From Nemertoderma westbladi (taxonomy: Eukaryota > Animalia > Xenacoelomorpha): 64,000 nucleotides of DNA. Made by a program: the position numbers and the translations under genes. Within the stretch, counting starts at the first letter, position 1. The number at the start of each line of letters is the position of its first letter. The DNA lies in NCBI GenBank assembly GCA_032718475.1, contig JAUCBJ010001770.1, positions 1 through 64,000 on the forward strand. Reading direction: 5' to 3'. A model generated the notes under the pieces. That model was not told the origin of the DNA, made no database searches, and worked only from the letters and a program-made list of their open reading frames with translations. Below are positions 25,330 through 45,321 of the stretch, one piece after another.

Positions 25330-25572
25330 GCCTTCTAGCGGCAGACTGAACTGATGGTGTCTGAAAGTCTCTAAAGATTATCAACTTTTGGTGTTTTTGA
25401 TGCCTACAAATTTTCAACTCGACAGCTTTAAATCCGACAAAGTTATTAGCATGTCAAAATCGTATAGACGACGACGACGACAACTATTTGACATTATTGA
25501 CCCACCACACCCCTAACAGTGTCAGTTCGCTATAAGGCTCAGGGCTTAGCCAACTTCGTAGCTCGCCCCAGG
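25330..25572 (+). mobile_element. Helentron/DINE-1-like non-autonomous element
   Basis: CTAGCGG 5' motif, AAATTTTCAACTCG/AAAGTTATTAGC core, (GAC)n microsatellite and terminal TTCGTAGCTCGCCCCA. These motifs are shared with copies at ~28984 (-), ~26112 (-) and ~62400 (+). Confidence 0.5.
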
Positions 25573-28567
25573 CCCAAAGCGAGCTTTATTAACTAACAGC
25601 CCTCGCAGCCCAGAAAACTGCAAAATTAGCAACAAGTATTGCGACCAATAGAATGGTAGTTTCTTCATTAGGAGCCCGCTCGACAGGCGGGATACTTACT
25701 GTAAAAATCTGCAGGATACTTACTGTAAAAATCTCAGGATATATAACACTGACTGACTGACTGACTGATAATTATCTAGGTTCAGCCACTTCCTGCCTGG
25801 CGATTTTGTTGAAATTTTAATAGTTGATTCCACGGAATCATTGGGCTGATTATTTTGTATAGGATATATGTAGAAAGTTCTTAAAAATAATATTCTTATT
25901 TTTTTTTATTACATAGGATTAGCATCATTTTTTAGCTGAAGCATTAATAGTGTAAATTAATTTAATTATATTTTAATACCATTACTACATTGGCATACTG
26001 TAAGATAAGTTTTAACATTTCTTACAAATAGTGGTGCGAGCATAAACCTCAAATCACGCAAATTTAAAAGAACTGGGTGTGTTGTCATAGCAAAGTTTCA
26101 TTTTTTATTATGTGGGACGAGCCACAAAGTCAGCTAGCCTCACGCCTTATAGTTTAGACAATTGTTTAGTTTACTTACTACTGACTGACATACTGTAGTT
26201 CATTTGTAATAGTCTTGGCTATGATTCTTCCCCCGGGCTCCTTCCAGCCAGCTTGCTGGCTTTCTAGTTTATCAATAGGACCTTTAAGAAACGGTTAAAT
26301 ATTAACCCGTGTAGTATATAGGCGTGGTGCGTATTTTGAGTTTTAGTGTGTATCAATCTAAAAATGTCTTATGTAAGTATGTATCTATATATGTTGTTGT
26401 TATACACTGTACAGTATGTATCTATGTAGGGTAGCGTGTATCCATCTTCAATAAATCATCAGTTTTTCACACAGTTTAGAGACTTTGCATAGTTACAAAG
26501 GTTCTTCAGGAATAATTTAGAATAAAAATGTTTTCATGCAAAACCGGAAGAGCGCAACGATGCTTATAATGTAGACGAGTATTCCTTGTCTATAGTCCTA
26601 AACCACCCGTCACGCACAGTTTCGAGACTTTGTATAAATATACACTAAAGGTTCCTCAGTCTTTGTTTAAATTAAAATATTTTCAGAGTAAACAGGACGA
26701 GCTATACTGAGCTGGTTCGTTTCTAGTATCTAATATAATTTAAATTAAAAAGGTACTGTAACAAATTTTACTATTTAAAAAAACTGTAGGACGTATGGGA
26801 AAATTATAAGTTATTCGTTACAATATTTTAATTATTATTTAAAAGTTATTAGCATTTCAATATCATCGTAATAACAACGCGACAGTGATGACAATGGCAA
26901 CATTATCAAAAAGTTACAATGTTATGGGATTTAACGGATAATTAATGCAAACAATAAATAGCACTGATCCCAGTACACTTCATTTCTGTGTGCCTGATTT
27001 CACAGCAACTAATGGTGAAAACTAGAAAAGCATTCTACATTACCAATCTGGCAGATTACCTGAACTCCCATAAGCAGCTGCTGTAACTTACACAATAATT
27101 TTGATTTGATCAAAATCTTTAGCAAATATTTTGAGTGACAACTTAAAAGTATAGATACAGTAGTCCCACATATAGGCCCACATAAAATACAAGGCAAGTT
27201 GTCTGGCGTCGCACCCTTTTTGGACGGCATTTTAATAAACATTGTTAGTACGCGAACTGGCGATAAATACACAGTATAATTAGATGTGGTGTAGGGAACC
27301 CTACGGTTTAATATTGGGATACTGTGGTTACCATACGGACTATTCTCCGGTAGCACTTAGAGCCGCTTTATAAGCTAGGGCTGCTAAACGCTGATTTGCT
27401 GAACGTCCGTTTCCCTCATATCGCCTTTTCCACAGGAGTTTTTCTGGAACGCTGCTGGCGCTTAATATATAAAGCATACATTTTTATTTTATTAATTTTT
27501 TCAGTTTGCTCACCCAGACAATTTTCTTTCAGTTTTTCTTTATTTGAAATGACCTCGTCTTTACTTCTCCAGCGGAGCCCACTTAATCGTAGTCTGCGTG
27601 CGTTCACGAGGAGTAGTTGATCCAGGTGATATAGGTGATATCCTGGAGTTGCGACCACAAGCGGTTTACTCTCGCAACTGAAAGATTTGAGTATGAGAAC
27701 TCTCCAGGAGAAATACCGGCTCGGTCGTCGCCCGGGTCAACAAGGACCGCGTCCCTCAGTGGTACACCAGGCTGGGGTCGATAAATTGGCTACTGGAACA
27801 GAAGACAGAGAAGAAAGAAGAACCAACCTGTTGAAATGTAAAAAGATACTAAAGATTGCTACAATGAACGCACGCACGCTGAAAGCACAGATAACATCGA
27901 CATCATCTGCATCCAAGAACATCGGATTTGTCATGAAGACACTGCCATGAAGTACAATGACATTGGAAATAGATGGACGTTAGTAACATAGTAACAAGCT
28001 CAGCAGTAAGAAACTCGGCCAATGCATCAATTGGTGGAGTAGGAATTCTGCTAAGCCCATTTGCACTTAAAACCCTAAACAACATCGAATCTATAAATTC
28101 CAGGGTTATGATCGCAACATTTGATGGGAATCCCAAGACAACAGTTATATGTTGCTACAGTCCAACCAATGCCTCAGAGCCAGAACAAGCAGTCACGTTT
28201 TATGAAGATCTGAGTGGGCTTAGAAAGGACATTCCGAAACACAATGTTAAAGTCATTGCTGGTGACCTGAATGCGCAAATTGGCCCAGAAGACATCACGT
28301 GTTACACCTATAACACCAGTTCTAACAGAAATGGGAACTTACTTTTTGACCTAATGGAAGAGTGTGAATTGATACCAACAAACAACACATTCGAAAAGAG
28401 TAGGGGGAAGCTATAGACCTTTCAATACCCTAATGGAACCAAAGCACAACTTGATTACATCCTTATAAACAAAAAGTGGAGAAACAGCATGATCAACTGT
28501 GGAAGGATCTCATTTCCACTGTCCGATTTCGCTCGACCTAGTAGTAGTAGTAGTAGTAGTATTAACA

Positions 28568-28770
28568 TTAAAAGTCATTAATGTAGAATTTGTGCATCCT
28601 GCTAATTAATGTATTAGAAAACATGGCGATGTCATCTGCAAAGTCGATGTCTGTGACTGCAAGAGCAGGATTCCCTGCTGCTTCTATGTTCGACTGTAGT
28701 GTCAACCTAAGATCTTCACCTGTTGTTGCTATCCACCCTGCGTAATCCAATACAATTATGAATAGTGTTT
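28568..28770 (-). mobile_element. Short inverted RTE-type RT fragment
   Basis: FIIVLDYA...VTDIDFADDIAMFS on the minus strand, next to an (AGT)n run, inside the interruption of the larger RTE. Confidence 0.7.
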
Positions 28771-28983
28771 ATTCATCGATTTTGGTGGTACACCGAGGTC
28801 TCATTTTTTTGGTTCGGCTGTGACAGAGGCTTTAGTTGCCACCCCCCCCCCCCCCCCCCTCCCCCCTAAACTTGCATTCATTGTTGTATTGCAAATATGA
28901 AAAGTGTTAATATTAATACATTTGAGAGTCAAAAAAATAAAGAGTTAATGCTTCCCTGTAGTTCGGCAGGCGTAAAATCACAT

Positions 28984-29205
28984 GTGGGGCGAGCCACGTA
29001 AGCCCTGGCGATCCTCTCAGACCCGTTTTACGTCATCGTCGTTGTCGAAAAGGTTTGAACGCTAATAAGTCAGTCAATCTTTGATGAAATTGAACCAAAC
29101 AACTTGGTACAGATGTAGTTTATAAATAGTTTAGAAATTCTACACACATACATACTTATATAGTTCACCTGTCGACCGCTAGGGGCCGTATCACTAGGTC
29201 CACTA
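28984..29205 (-). mobile_element. Helentron/DINE-1-like copy nested in the RTE
   Basis: Reverse complement has the CCCCTAGCGG start, a GTACCAAG/TTTCATCAAAGATTG core and a CGTGGCTCGCCCCAC end, matching 62260-62412. Confidence 0.5.
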
Positions 29206-31343
29206 ATTGTACCTCTACGCAAAAGCTCACCTGGACTTACGTGGCGAAGTCCCCATGTTCGTGTTTCTATAAGTAGGTGTTGTTATATATTTTCCTTGTG
29301 GGGCTGAACTCAATGTTTGGTGGCTGCCCATGCAATTCCCAACACGTTCTTCAGGACTATCAGCTTTTACAGGAAAAAGGAAAAGGGCCCCCTAGACTGA
29401 CCACAAAATTCAGAAGTGCCGATGTGACCTCTATAAGGGGCAGAATGAGTCCCGACTCAAACAGACTACAGCGGCCAAGAATGCAGTTAAGGCTGCATTT
29501 AGGTCCCTGAACAGGCAGTACTCTTTTAATCTACAGGAGCTAATAAACCAACAGGTTGATGCCATCAATGATGCTGACGACAGCAGGCAATCATCCCAGG
29601 CATGGAAATAGATTAACTTGCTTACTGGGAGGAAAAGCCAACCAACCACTAAGGTTAAGGCAGAAAGAATCACAAGCCGATCGCCTCAATGGTTGGAAGG
29701 CCCACTTTGAAAAGCTCCTCAATAATGACAGGGTATTGCCTGATAACTTTATAGACGTAAAAGTGTCTGAGTCTGTACTCCCTGATATTCCCATTAGCGA
29801 TATATCTTTTGCAGAAGTGAAGGCTGCTGCAACGAGAATTAAGACCAATCGTGCCAGTGGAGTAGATGGTGTTCACCCCCAGGTCTTTAAAATACCTGAG
29901 TGTTTAAAGCCCATCTATCCCATCATACAGTAGTAGATATGTACAGATCAACAAGAGTGCCACAAGAAATGAAAACAAATAAGTTGGTGCCAGTTCCCAA
30001 GAAGGGCAACCTAACACTCTATGGTTCTTTTCGGGGAATCTCATTGATCTCGATTGCTGCAAAGCTATACAATATAATTATATTAAATCGCATCAGGGAT
30101 CCCATTGAGAGACTGCTCCGTGGAAATCAGAATGGGCTCCGTAAAGGTCGTGGGACCATGGAGCCCATTTTGGCACTTAGAAGGAAAATTGAAGAAGAGT
30201 TATCAAAAAAGAAAGACAGTATGTTATCTTTGTTGACTTCTTCAAGGCCTTTGATTCAGTCTCTCGCTCACGTATGTTCAGCATACTTTCATTATATTGG
30301 ATGCCTGATGAAATTATTGCAGCAATCAGATCAGTATACGATGGTTCGACAACATTTGTGTCTATTGTTGATGGTGACACAGAACCATTTCAAGTATTAT
30401 GGGGAGTCCTCCAAGGAAACACACTTGCTCCATTCTTGTTCATAATTGTGGTTGACTATGTTCTACGCATGTCCTTAGATCATCATAATGATGATGGGGT
30501 AATGATAACTCCACCTACTGGCTCCAGAAGTCGAGGAAATCCTGCCAAGTACCTAACTGATCTAGACTTTGCTGATGACTTAGGAGTACTCTCAGAATCA
30601 CTAGAGGGAGCCCAATGGCTCCTCGGCTCATGCCTCTGCTTCTAGTGTTGGTCTTTTTATTAACTCCAGAAAGACCAAAATTTTGACAGTTAACTTTGAA
30701 AGTCCTCAGCAAGTCTCTGACCGGATGAGCATAAGCTCAAAGGATGGTATGTATGCTTTAGCATGTGGACGACTTCTGTTACCTGGGATCATGGATCCGG
30801 AAGTCAGGTGAGGACCTTCAAATACTTACCTTTAACTCAACCTTGTCGACCCTACCTAACCTTGTTTATTATGAATAAATGTCTTAATATAATTAAAAAT
30901 AAATGTTTAATAAATTTATGTTTAAATGTTTCCATTCCGAGCCTTTGCAACATTTTTAGGGTTTGTTGCTGTTATGTCTTGCATATATCGACGATGCTGT
31001 TGCTGTCTGTATGTATTCTTTGCTTTCTGTTGTGTTTGTTCCGCGCCATGCAGGATGCAGCTCAGACAACCGTGAAGTAATTGATGGAGAAACCTACATA
31101 CATTTTATAACATAAAACTAAACACAGGGCGCAGGTTTTCATTCGCCCCTCTTGAAGCTCACCACTCAACTCAATTGTCACCGAAGCAGGACCTTAACGC
31201 CCCTGGAAATTTATTGCCCCCGAGTCTTTATCGCTCCTGGTCCTTTCTCGCCCCTGGTCCTTTATTGCCTCTATCATTATACAGGCTACATTCCCCAAAC
31301 TTTCTCATACTTCCTTAATCATGTTCAATTCATAGACTAACCA

Positions 31344-31750
31344 CCCGCTTGGGTTAGTGATAAATATCTGGGCTTTCATTCAGGAGGACCCAGGTTCGAT
31401 CCCTGGATGACGCAGTACTGTTTAGGGCGGGGCTTTAAATGCTGAAAACTAGCTCTACCCAGTTATTCACCCTTCAATGGTCGATAAATGGGAACCATAG
31501 TAACTTAGAAAACAGAGTGGAAGAGACTGTGGAAGATCACCCATGGTGGTGAACAAGCATTCCTTTAGGAAACAGAGTGGAAGGATTAATGTAGAAGATC
31601 ACAATTGGCTGTGAACATTCATTCCCTGGCTTACTAGGCCTAAACGTTTCTCCCGTTCAAAATTCATATTTGTCACAGTGGCGATAAGGTACCAGTTCAT
31701 TTGGCAGGGAGTCAAGTTACCAGCGATTTTGAATGAATGAATGAATGAAT
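31344..31750 (+). mobile_element. tRNA-derived SINE with (GAAT)n tail
   Basis: A-box-like GGGTTAGTGATAA, B-box GGTTCGATCCC, central ACCCAG...GGTCGATAAATGGG motif and a (TGAA)n tail. Confidence 0.8.
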
Positions 31751-31757
31751 GCGGAGA

Positions 31758-32050
31758 GGTAAAGTAAAAGTAAAGGAATGTTTTCGTCGGCCATTAGGCC
31801 AATGATTACGCCAGATGAATATCCGATTTACAGTGCAGTTCTCCCAGAACTATACTCACTAGAGGATACTTGGCCCCCTTTAGTGCTCATATATGTATTA
31901 TATGTATGCCGATATGTGCGTCGGCTAGTCCCTTCAAAGAATTAATGTCTAAAAGAAAACTCCTCCGCATCCTTTCGGGCACGAACCCACGACCACTGGA
32001 GAAATGTGAATTCAAGACAACGGCTTAACCCGCTACGCCAAGATGGCACT
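31758..32050 (-). mobile_element. tRNA-derived SINE, tail-to-tail with the previous SINE
   Basis: Minus strand reads TGGCGTAGCGGGTTAAG (A-box) ... GGGTTCGTGCCCG (B-box), with a (TTTAC)n tail. Confidence 0.75.
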
Positions 32051-32770
32051 AAAACGAGAAAACCAAAAACATTATAAAACAAACAGCTTTACCAACTTGT
32101 ATTTTTTCATCTAACATTATAATCTGTTAAAAATAATAACCAAAACATAGTGAATATTATACTTCAGTTACTTACTTGTATTTACACAATATAGAATAAA
32201 TAAAATACAGTAGCAATCTTACAGTACAGTATATATATATATATTGATATAAATGTTGCCACTGTGCCACCCCTCCAGAATTGGCAGTGGCCCTTTGGCA
32301 ACCTCTCAGCATATAAATGTGGCCCTATGGCAACATTAGTGGCATCTTGGCAACATGTTGCCTCTAGGCCCTGTGGCCCATTGACTGCTTTCGTATCTGA
32401 CTGGCCCTAAGGTTGCTTTTTACAGTTACAACATATATCTGCGCTAACTGTGTGGCCTTGTGGCCCATTGGCCTCTTTGTATCAGAGTGGTCCTTAGGTT
32501 GTTTTTTACTTTTATAATGTACACCTTCTATGCAGACACATCTTTCCAATAATATGGGGTTTTCCGTACAACCACCACACACACCAGCTAGAGTATCATT
32601 TAAAAGACTATTAACAACTTCCTTGCTTACTTTAACTTGCCTTTACCACAGTACAAATTATGCATTGTAGAAAAATTTGTCTACGAAAACCATCGGAGTA
32701 TATTTCAAGTTTAGAATAATTACAAAGACAACAGCCCTAATATTCCGATATATTATTACCATCTCATTAA

Positions 32771-34346
32771 CCCTATTAAACCCGGGGGGGGGGGGGGGTC
32801 AATATGACCCCCCCCCCGTGGTTTTTTTTTTATAATTCTGAAACAAACGCAGTTGGGAATCTGAAATTTTATGACTTTTCCTAAAAATCAATTGTCTTCC
32901 TAGTAGTGAAAACCGTTTTCAAAAATATTGGGTAGTTTTCGAGTTATAGCACCATTTTTTAACCCTACTTTTTGCACTTTTTTTGAGACGTTTTTTGAAA
33001 ATTACATTTCATTAAATATGAATTGTAACATCGCTATTTTTGATTTACACCGGTTTTTTGGTGTTAGCAATTGGATGGAATTCATATAAATTGATTTAGA
33101 AATTTCAAACTTGTTTTTTTCGGCGGGTGCCAATTTTTGGTGCCAGCACCAAATTTTGAAATATGTCAATTTTGTAAATTGATTGTGTGAAACTTGTTTT
33201 TTACGCAATTGGGGTTTTTTGGGGTTCTGGTTTCGATGAAATATATACGAGTTGCACCAAGCGTATCAAACTTGTGTTTTTCGGTGGTGGGTGCAAATTT
33301 TGGTGCTAGCACAAAATTTTGAAAATCCATTCAATTGATAAAATTGTTTGTGACAATTTATTTCTTGCGTTTTAGAGGTTTATGGCTATTCTGAATTGAA
33401 TGGAATATATAATTTTCGAACTAGGCATCTCAAATTTGTATTTTTCGGAAGTGGGTGCAAAATGTGGTGCTACCACCAAATTTTGAAAACCATCAAATGT
33501 ATACATTTATTGTGTCACCTTGTTTCCTGCGTTATATGGGTTTGTTAGGGTTCTGAATTCAATGGAATCAGTAAAAATTTCATCATAAGAGTTTTCAAAC
33601 TTGTATTTTTCGCCGGTGGGTGAAAATTGTTGTGCCAGCACCAAATTTTGGAAAATAAGCAAATTGATCATTAGATAGTATCATCTTGTTTATTGCGTTA
33701 TACGGGTTTATGAGGGTTCTGAATCCGATGGAATCAATGAAAACAGCACTGGACATCGCAATCTTGTACTTTTTGGTGATGGGTACGAAATTTGGTCCTA
33801 GCACCGAAATTTGCCAAATTACGCCGAAAAATACAAGTAGCAATGATGGGGCATTTTAGAAATGTATTCCATTATAATCAGCGCCCTAGAAGAACTGAAC
33901 ATGTGAATTTATAGCATCGTATAAGTGAATTAAAAATTTTGTGTTCTAACTGAAAAGTGCTGGTTACTTGTTTTTTTCATTTTTTTTTCCTACGCAGAGA
34001 GGACTAAACAGACATTTATAGTAATCATATCATTTTTAAATATTTTCCAATGTATTTTGCGCCCCAGAAAACCTGTATTGAAAAACAATTAGACGAAAAA
34101 TGTAACTTTCAAATTTTCTGAAAATTGTGCACTACTTGTAATTTTGGTGCTGCAATATATCCACCCCAGTACATTTTTTCGAAATTTTTTTTTTCGGTCG
34201 GATCCTGACTAGTGATACCTAAGTACAAACAAAAAATCAGACGTTTTCGTATAAATTTGTAGATTTTAGGGGGGGGGGGGGGGGTCAATATGACCCCCCC
34301 CCCCCCCGGTATTTGTACAACATTTTATAGCCCGGTATTAATAGGG
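32771..34346. mobile_element. piggyBac-like non-autonomous element
   Basis: TTAA|CCCTATTAA ... TTAATAGGG|TTAA termini; subterminal G(n)TCAATATGAC(n) motif at both ends; internal degenerate ~175-bp tandem units. Confidence 0.88.
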
Positions 34347-34496
34347 TTAACATAATTATTGACAAGTTGTTCGGTAACAGAACATTACGTACTTAAAAAG
34401 AAAATAACATCAATCAACATAAATTCAATACCGGATATCTTATAGAGTTATAAATTTGCTTCTTTTGCTATTTTAAAAATAAATTTGGCATTTGAT

Positions 34497-39800
<5,304 letters not shown>

Positions 39801-41539
39801 ATAGTTCTTAAAAAGTTATTAAAAATTAAGACATTTGCGATGTTAGTTATTCTGTTTTGATAGTATATAGAGAGTATCTAGTGTATGCAAGTCTTTCTGT
39901 CATCAAACACATTAAACCACATTAAAAACCTAATTAAAACGTATCACGTTAAACCACATTTAAAAAATGAGAGTTAACAACTTAACTATTTAACAAAATG
40001 ACGTTTGGTTAACTCTGGGGGATATAATACAGTCAATATCAATGGAATCTAACTAAAAATAATTCCAGGCTATAATTTGTACGTCAGAATCTCACAATTT
40101 CTAAAACAGATGTAATTTGATATGTAAATGCAGGCAAGGTGCCATTTTTAGAAACACGTAAAAATTGATACAATAACATTTTAAATGAATATATCTGGAA
40201 ATCATTTCTAATAATAAACCATGTTTTCAATCTATTTTATTATGTTTTGTGTCTTTGATCCATGCATGCTTGAATAAATTCAACAATTTATTTTCAGTAT
40301 GTATCTAGATATGTAAAAGATGGTTCTGGGCCATTTTCGTGTATTTTTAAAAAATCTCATTTCTTGACTCGATTATTCGACTAGAATAAATAAAAATACT
40401 CGTAAGTTATCGATTTTACCTTTACCGAACCGATAGAGGCTGAAATCCAATCTTAAAAATTGTTTATAAAATTTAAAACATAGAACTTCCAAATTTTGAA
40501 TTTGTTCATAACTTTAGCTACTTTATCGGGTAACATACTATGTACTTAGTATTACCTTTGCAACCCAAAAACATCTATATATGAATGTATATATGTCTTT
40601 AAAAATAGAAATAATAAAAATAAATTGCAGAATGTTTTTGAATGAAGATTCTAAACAACGTTCCACTTTACAGTTTTTTCAAAAAATCAGTTTAAATTTT
40701 TCGTGTGCAAAAGTGGCATCTTGTCAACTTCTATATTTAATTGTACATGTTGCCCTAGGGCCACAACTCTATCATTAAGTCTATGGAAAACTCGAATGTA
40801 AAATGTATATATATATCAATAATACGGAATTTTATAAAATTTGATTGACTGTGTAAGATGAAAAAATTTTTTTTAAGTAAACTTTATTTTTACTTTATTA
40901 AGACGTATAACAAATTTAAAGCATTAGGACCTAGTAGAAATGATTGAAACACCGTTCCGAAACTAACATATACGTGGGTGGCACCACGTCAACAATTTCT
41001 ATGTATATATATATGGAAATTTAATGTAGTTTTTCCGATCACGGATATGATATCATATAAACACACCATCGAAAGACATGACATTTATTTTTTAAATATA
41101 CTGTACCTGTATACATGCGTGGAAATTGCTTAGCAGCAAATACATTTTGCATGTAGGCCAATGTGGTTTTATTTCAAAATTTTAGCATTAAAGATTGCTA
41201 ATATAAAACGCTAACTTAATTTGCTATAAAAAAAACCTATATTTCAATACTAGCGGTGTTAAATAATGTTGTAATTTTGGAATAAATAATTTTATTATTC
41301 TTTCCAAGAACTAATTTTTATACCCAGAAATCATTGAGTGAAGAAGGTCAAAGCAAATTGATGATGTTAGTAACTAATTTAACATTCAATTAATAGTGAA
41401 TCATACATAATGAAATGAGACTAAAATACTAAAACTATCAAACACAAGAAAACCAACAGTTCAAAAAGCCTCTTTCAATAATTCATTAGATAGATAAAAT
41501 TCAATGTTAATGCTACCTCAGTTTTTGAACAGACAATCT

Positions 41540-44500
41540 CTAATTGTTTGTTTGTGACATGACGCTGAATTGGAAGCCGCTTGTGCCGCTTGGCACTGCC
41601 GGTTTATCGTTGGCATTTTGGTAACACACCAGCGGTCCCAACTTGTATTTCAGAGACTCAGTGCCCACAGGGGTTGGGTTGCTGGCCTGATTGGAATCGG
41701 TGTTTGCATCGAAACCCGATATGTCTGTGAACTGAAATCCCCGAAGAGGGAGTATCGCGTTCGCATTGCTTCCATCGTCCTCGAATATGCCGGTCCACTT
41801 ATATTCACCACCGTTGTTTTGTCCAATTGTGTTATCAGCGTTGAAGTTGACATAAACGTTCTGCAGGTTTTGTTGAGTATTATACGCAATCGCCCGCTGT
41901 TGGTTCACTTGAGCTCTATTTGTTATAACTTCGATGGTCTGTTGACACACTGCCGCTTCAGTAACAATTTTTCGCAATTCTGCCCAAGCCCATTTTGATC
42001 TCCAAGGGAACTCACTCCCAGGACAATTGGCCGGGAGCACAACATCGTCCATTAAGCTTGTTCTAGCTCTGCAAGTCGGGTTTTTGAATATATTCTCTTC
42101 AGGGGTATTTATTTCCCACTCATGATCGAAGTTTTTGTGGTCGTCTCTGGCGTATACCCCTTTTACAGCCTGCCAGTCAGCATACCATTCATCAAAACCT
42201 TCGTAACTGATGAGGTAGGTAACATAATCAGTAAAGACTTGATTGGCACCCTGAAAGTTACCTATTTCAAAGTTCCCAGTAGCTACTTGCGCGTAAGCGC
42301 CGTTTAGCTTGTAGTTAATATTTACTGGTTTGGTGTAGATGACCGTGCGAACTTCGGCGTCCGTAAAGTTACAGAATACATGGATAGTGTAGCTGGGGTG
42401 GGATGCTCCTCCATCCATGTCTATAAAATAGAACTTGTTCTCGCGTGCACCACCATCGTATAACGCCTTACAGTTGAGAGCTGTTGGTCTTTTTTCTTCA
42501 CAATTGTTGTAGTCGTAAGTCCAAACTTTCGCCCATGGGACTCTCTCGCTACATGTCTGTACATCACCAGCCACTTTACCATACCCTTTGAAACACACGC
42601 ATTCTGGGCCTGTTGTTCCTTTCACATAACACATTGATTGGTGCTGACAAGATTTCGCCAAATTCTGAGGGCACAATCCGCAACCTAGCATATCTGTTGC
42701 AACATATTTTTTTGCTGCTTTATTGTTAACATTGTTTGTCAATTGATTAGCAACTGCTTGTTGGTATTGGATGTCACCACCAGCGCCACCGACTGGGATG
42801 TTCGCCCGCGTTTGAACTACAAAGTCGCATGATGGGGATGATTGGGTGTTACGGTTGCAAATCGCTGCGTCAATGTTACTATCAATGATTGAGTTACCGG
42901 GGATGGTAATCGCGTTTACATTATTTCCGAGGCTATTTCTATTCATTGTCCAATACTGCCCAGGTCGGAAGAATAGAATCTGATCACTGGTAGTAGCTGC
43001 GGCGGTAACGGGTCCATTATTAAGGTTATTGAGGTTACCTAAATTTGATATTTGTGGATTATTATCTATAGAAAATGTTTCTTGGTTCTGGGTGTAGGTA
43101 CGGATTTGGTTAGACGACGCACCATCACTTGTTGTATAAACTAAATAATTTTGGTTATTGTGTGTAAAAGCAGCTTGTATTTCATCATTGGCATTAGTTG
43201 ATGGGAACACGGTTTCTAACTTCTTAGGCCAACCGTTTTCAATGCTGGAAAATTGGAATCTATTATTGTTGATAGAACTACTGGTGTACTTGTAGACCCA
43301 GGTGATCCGGGTCGCTCCAGTGCCACTGCTGACGAAGGCATACTTGAATCCCGAAGTTGACCAGAGAAGTGCATCAACGGAGTTAGGGTTGCAATTATAA
43401 GCTGCGCGGTTGGAGAACCAACGGTAGTTATTCGGAACTGGCATCCCTCTAGCAACTCGTTCAACCAAAGGATTGCAGTTGAAATAGAAAAAGTATTTAT
43501 CCTTCCAAAACATAATATCGTCGTTCCAGAATACTCCCGCATCTGGAGCAGTGGGAACACCATTCCAGAATTGTTCCACTTGTCTGGGATATCCCGGATC
43601 CACTGTGTTAAATATACGATCAAAGCGGTAGTATTTTCCATCATCATAAAAGACATAGATTTTACTGTCCTTATTGGAGAACGCGGCTTTTGGAACTTTG
43701 TCTGTAGGTAAACCCTTCCACTGATCGGCAAATGTTTTTGCGTAATTAGCATCTAAACTGGCTATTGGTCCATTGTGTGGGATGTTATTAGGTGGACGAG
43801 CACTGGCGAGAAGTGAGTATCGATATACCTGTATGTCAGGATTATTACTAACTGTGGTATATTTCAATACATAAACTTTGTCGATGTCTGCAAGGTAAAA
43901 TACAGCATCCGGTTGAGATGGCGAACTGGGAAAGAGTGTGTTAAACTTAGTCGGGACGTATTTCACAGGGACCCCCCTAGAATCCATCTGCCACACATCG
44001 TCATTTGTATCCACATATAAAATATATGAAGATTGTTGTGCTTGATTTTGCGGAATTTTGATGATTGCTCGGGCATATTCAGGGGCCCCTGAATTGGCAA
44101 ACCGACAACCAAACAGCTTCACTCCAACATCCTGGGGATAATCAAATGAAACACCGTATCCGGTTATATATTTGTATATGTTTTGACCCTGAATAAAATA
44201 GTAGTCATATTTTTTGCTGCCTGATGATGTTTCAACAGTGAGAGCTGCGTCCAGATTTAGCGGAACTCTTGGCCAATTGTTATCATATTGTGGTTTATCA
44301 GCGCGGAATATCGGGTAGCCTGGGACAATTCTATCGAAGACCAAATCCCATTTGTAATAGTTTTGACCCGAGACACTAGTTTGCGAATTTTCTGGGATAT
44401 TCTTTGAAGCTTGCTTAAAGAAGTAAGCGTATGTCTGGCGCTGATTTTCCTTGTATGCATTGATTCCCATTTCACTGAACACAACAGCATCGAAATCTAT

Positions 44501-45282
44501 TGGGATTTGTTGAAATTTATTACCTTGATTATTACCACCGTAAGCGGCAACTGATTTTCTCGGAAAGGAACCTCCACTAGGAGTACCACCAAACACAGCG
44601 TATTGAGTGCCCCCATTTCCGTTTGATCTAAACAGATGAATTTCATTTAACGCGAAATTGTAAAATCCACCGCGAATTTGCGAATTACTTAGAGCTGATC
44701 CAAAATTAAAGACGGAAGATAAAGACTGGCCATTTATAACATTATTACCAATCGTGTTGTATTGGCCAGTTGCCTCATCTTTAGCTATGGTATATACAAA
44801 CTCATTACCACTCCCATCGCGCACAATCGCGTAGACGTTCCCATCGCTCGCAGGAAATACAGCCTTGACAATTTGACCTCCGTTCGATTTCCCAATAAGG
44901 CATCTTTTGTTACACCCCAGAATGGTGTCTACGGCTTTTGGGTTTGCGGGTTCTTGAAAATTGTTGTTGGAAGTTGCAGCAGTGGAGGATTTTGAGTAAC
45001 CGTTTGAAGTAATGACACCGAATGCGTTACTGCCATCCCTATAAACAGCATTAAGTTGTCCATTAGATTGAAGATTGATACCAGTGATAGAGTTACTCCA
45101 TGTACCTGCACTGTACTGTATTTTCTGACCATTTGCCAGATACAGTAGAACGTTGTTGCCACCTATCCCCATCGCAGCTGTGACCGAGTTGGCATTCCAT
45201 GTGTTGGGGTTTGGATTACCGTTACTATTGAAGAAATTGTTAAAGAGTTGTGTTGATTGAGCGTTGCCTCCAGGGACATTAC
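41540..45282 (-). CDS. Nested gene B exon 2: paralogue of gene A (full protein 1360 aa)
   Basis: 3.7-kb open frame collinear with gene A; acceptor TCTTTTAG| at 45283 in phase 1; same hemopexin, EGF and fibrinogen-like motifs. Confidence 0.9.
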
Positions 45283-45321
45283 CTAAAAGAAGATACATAT
45301 TTGTTTATTTATATAGCAAAT

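Larger units (their letters stand above)
27690..30830 (+). mobile_element. Degenerate RTE-clade LINE (APE + RT), interrupted at ~28500-29330
   Basis: APE motifs KIATMNARTL, GGVGILLS, CYSPTN, GDLNAQIG, QLDYIL. RT motifs VPKKGNL, NQNGLRKGR, GVLQGNTLAPFLF, DLDFADDL. Frameshifts and stops present. Confidence 0.9.

Noticed and set aside
31344-31420. Functional tRNA gene (also at 13024 and 32050)
   Set aside because: The cloverleaf is degenerate and continues into a SINE body and simple-repeat tail.
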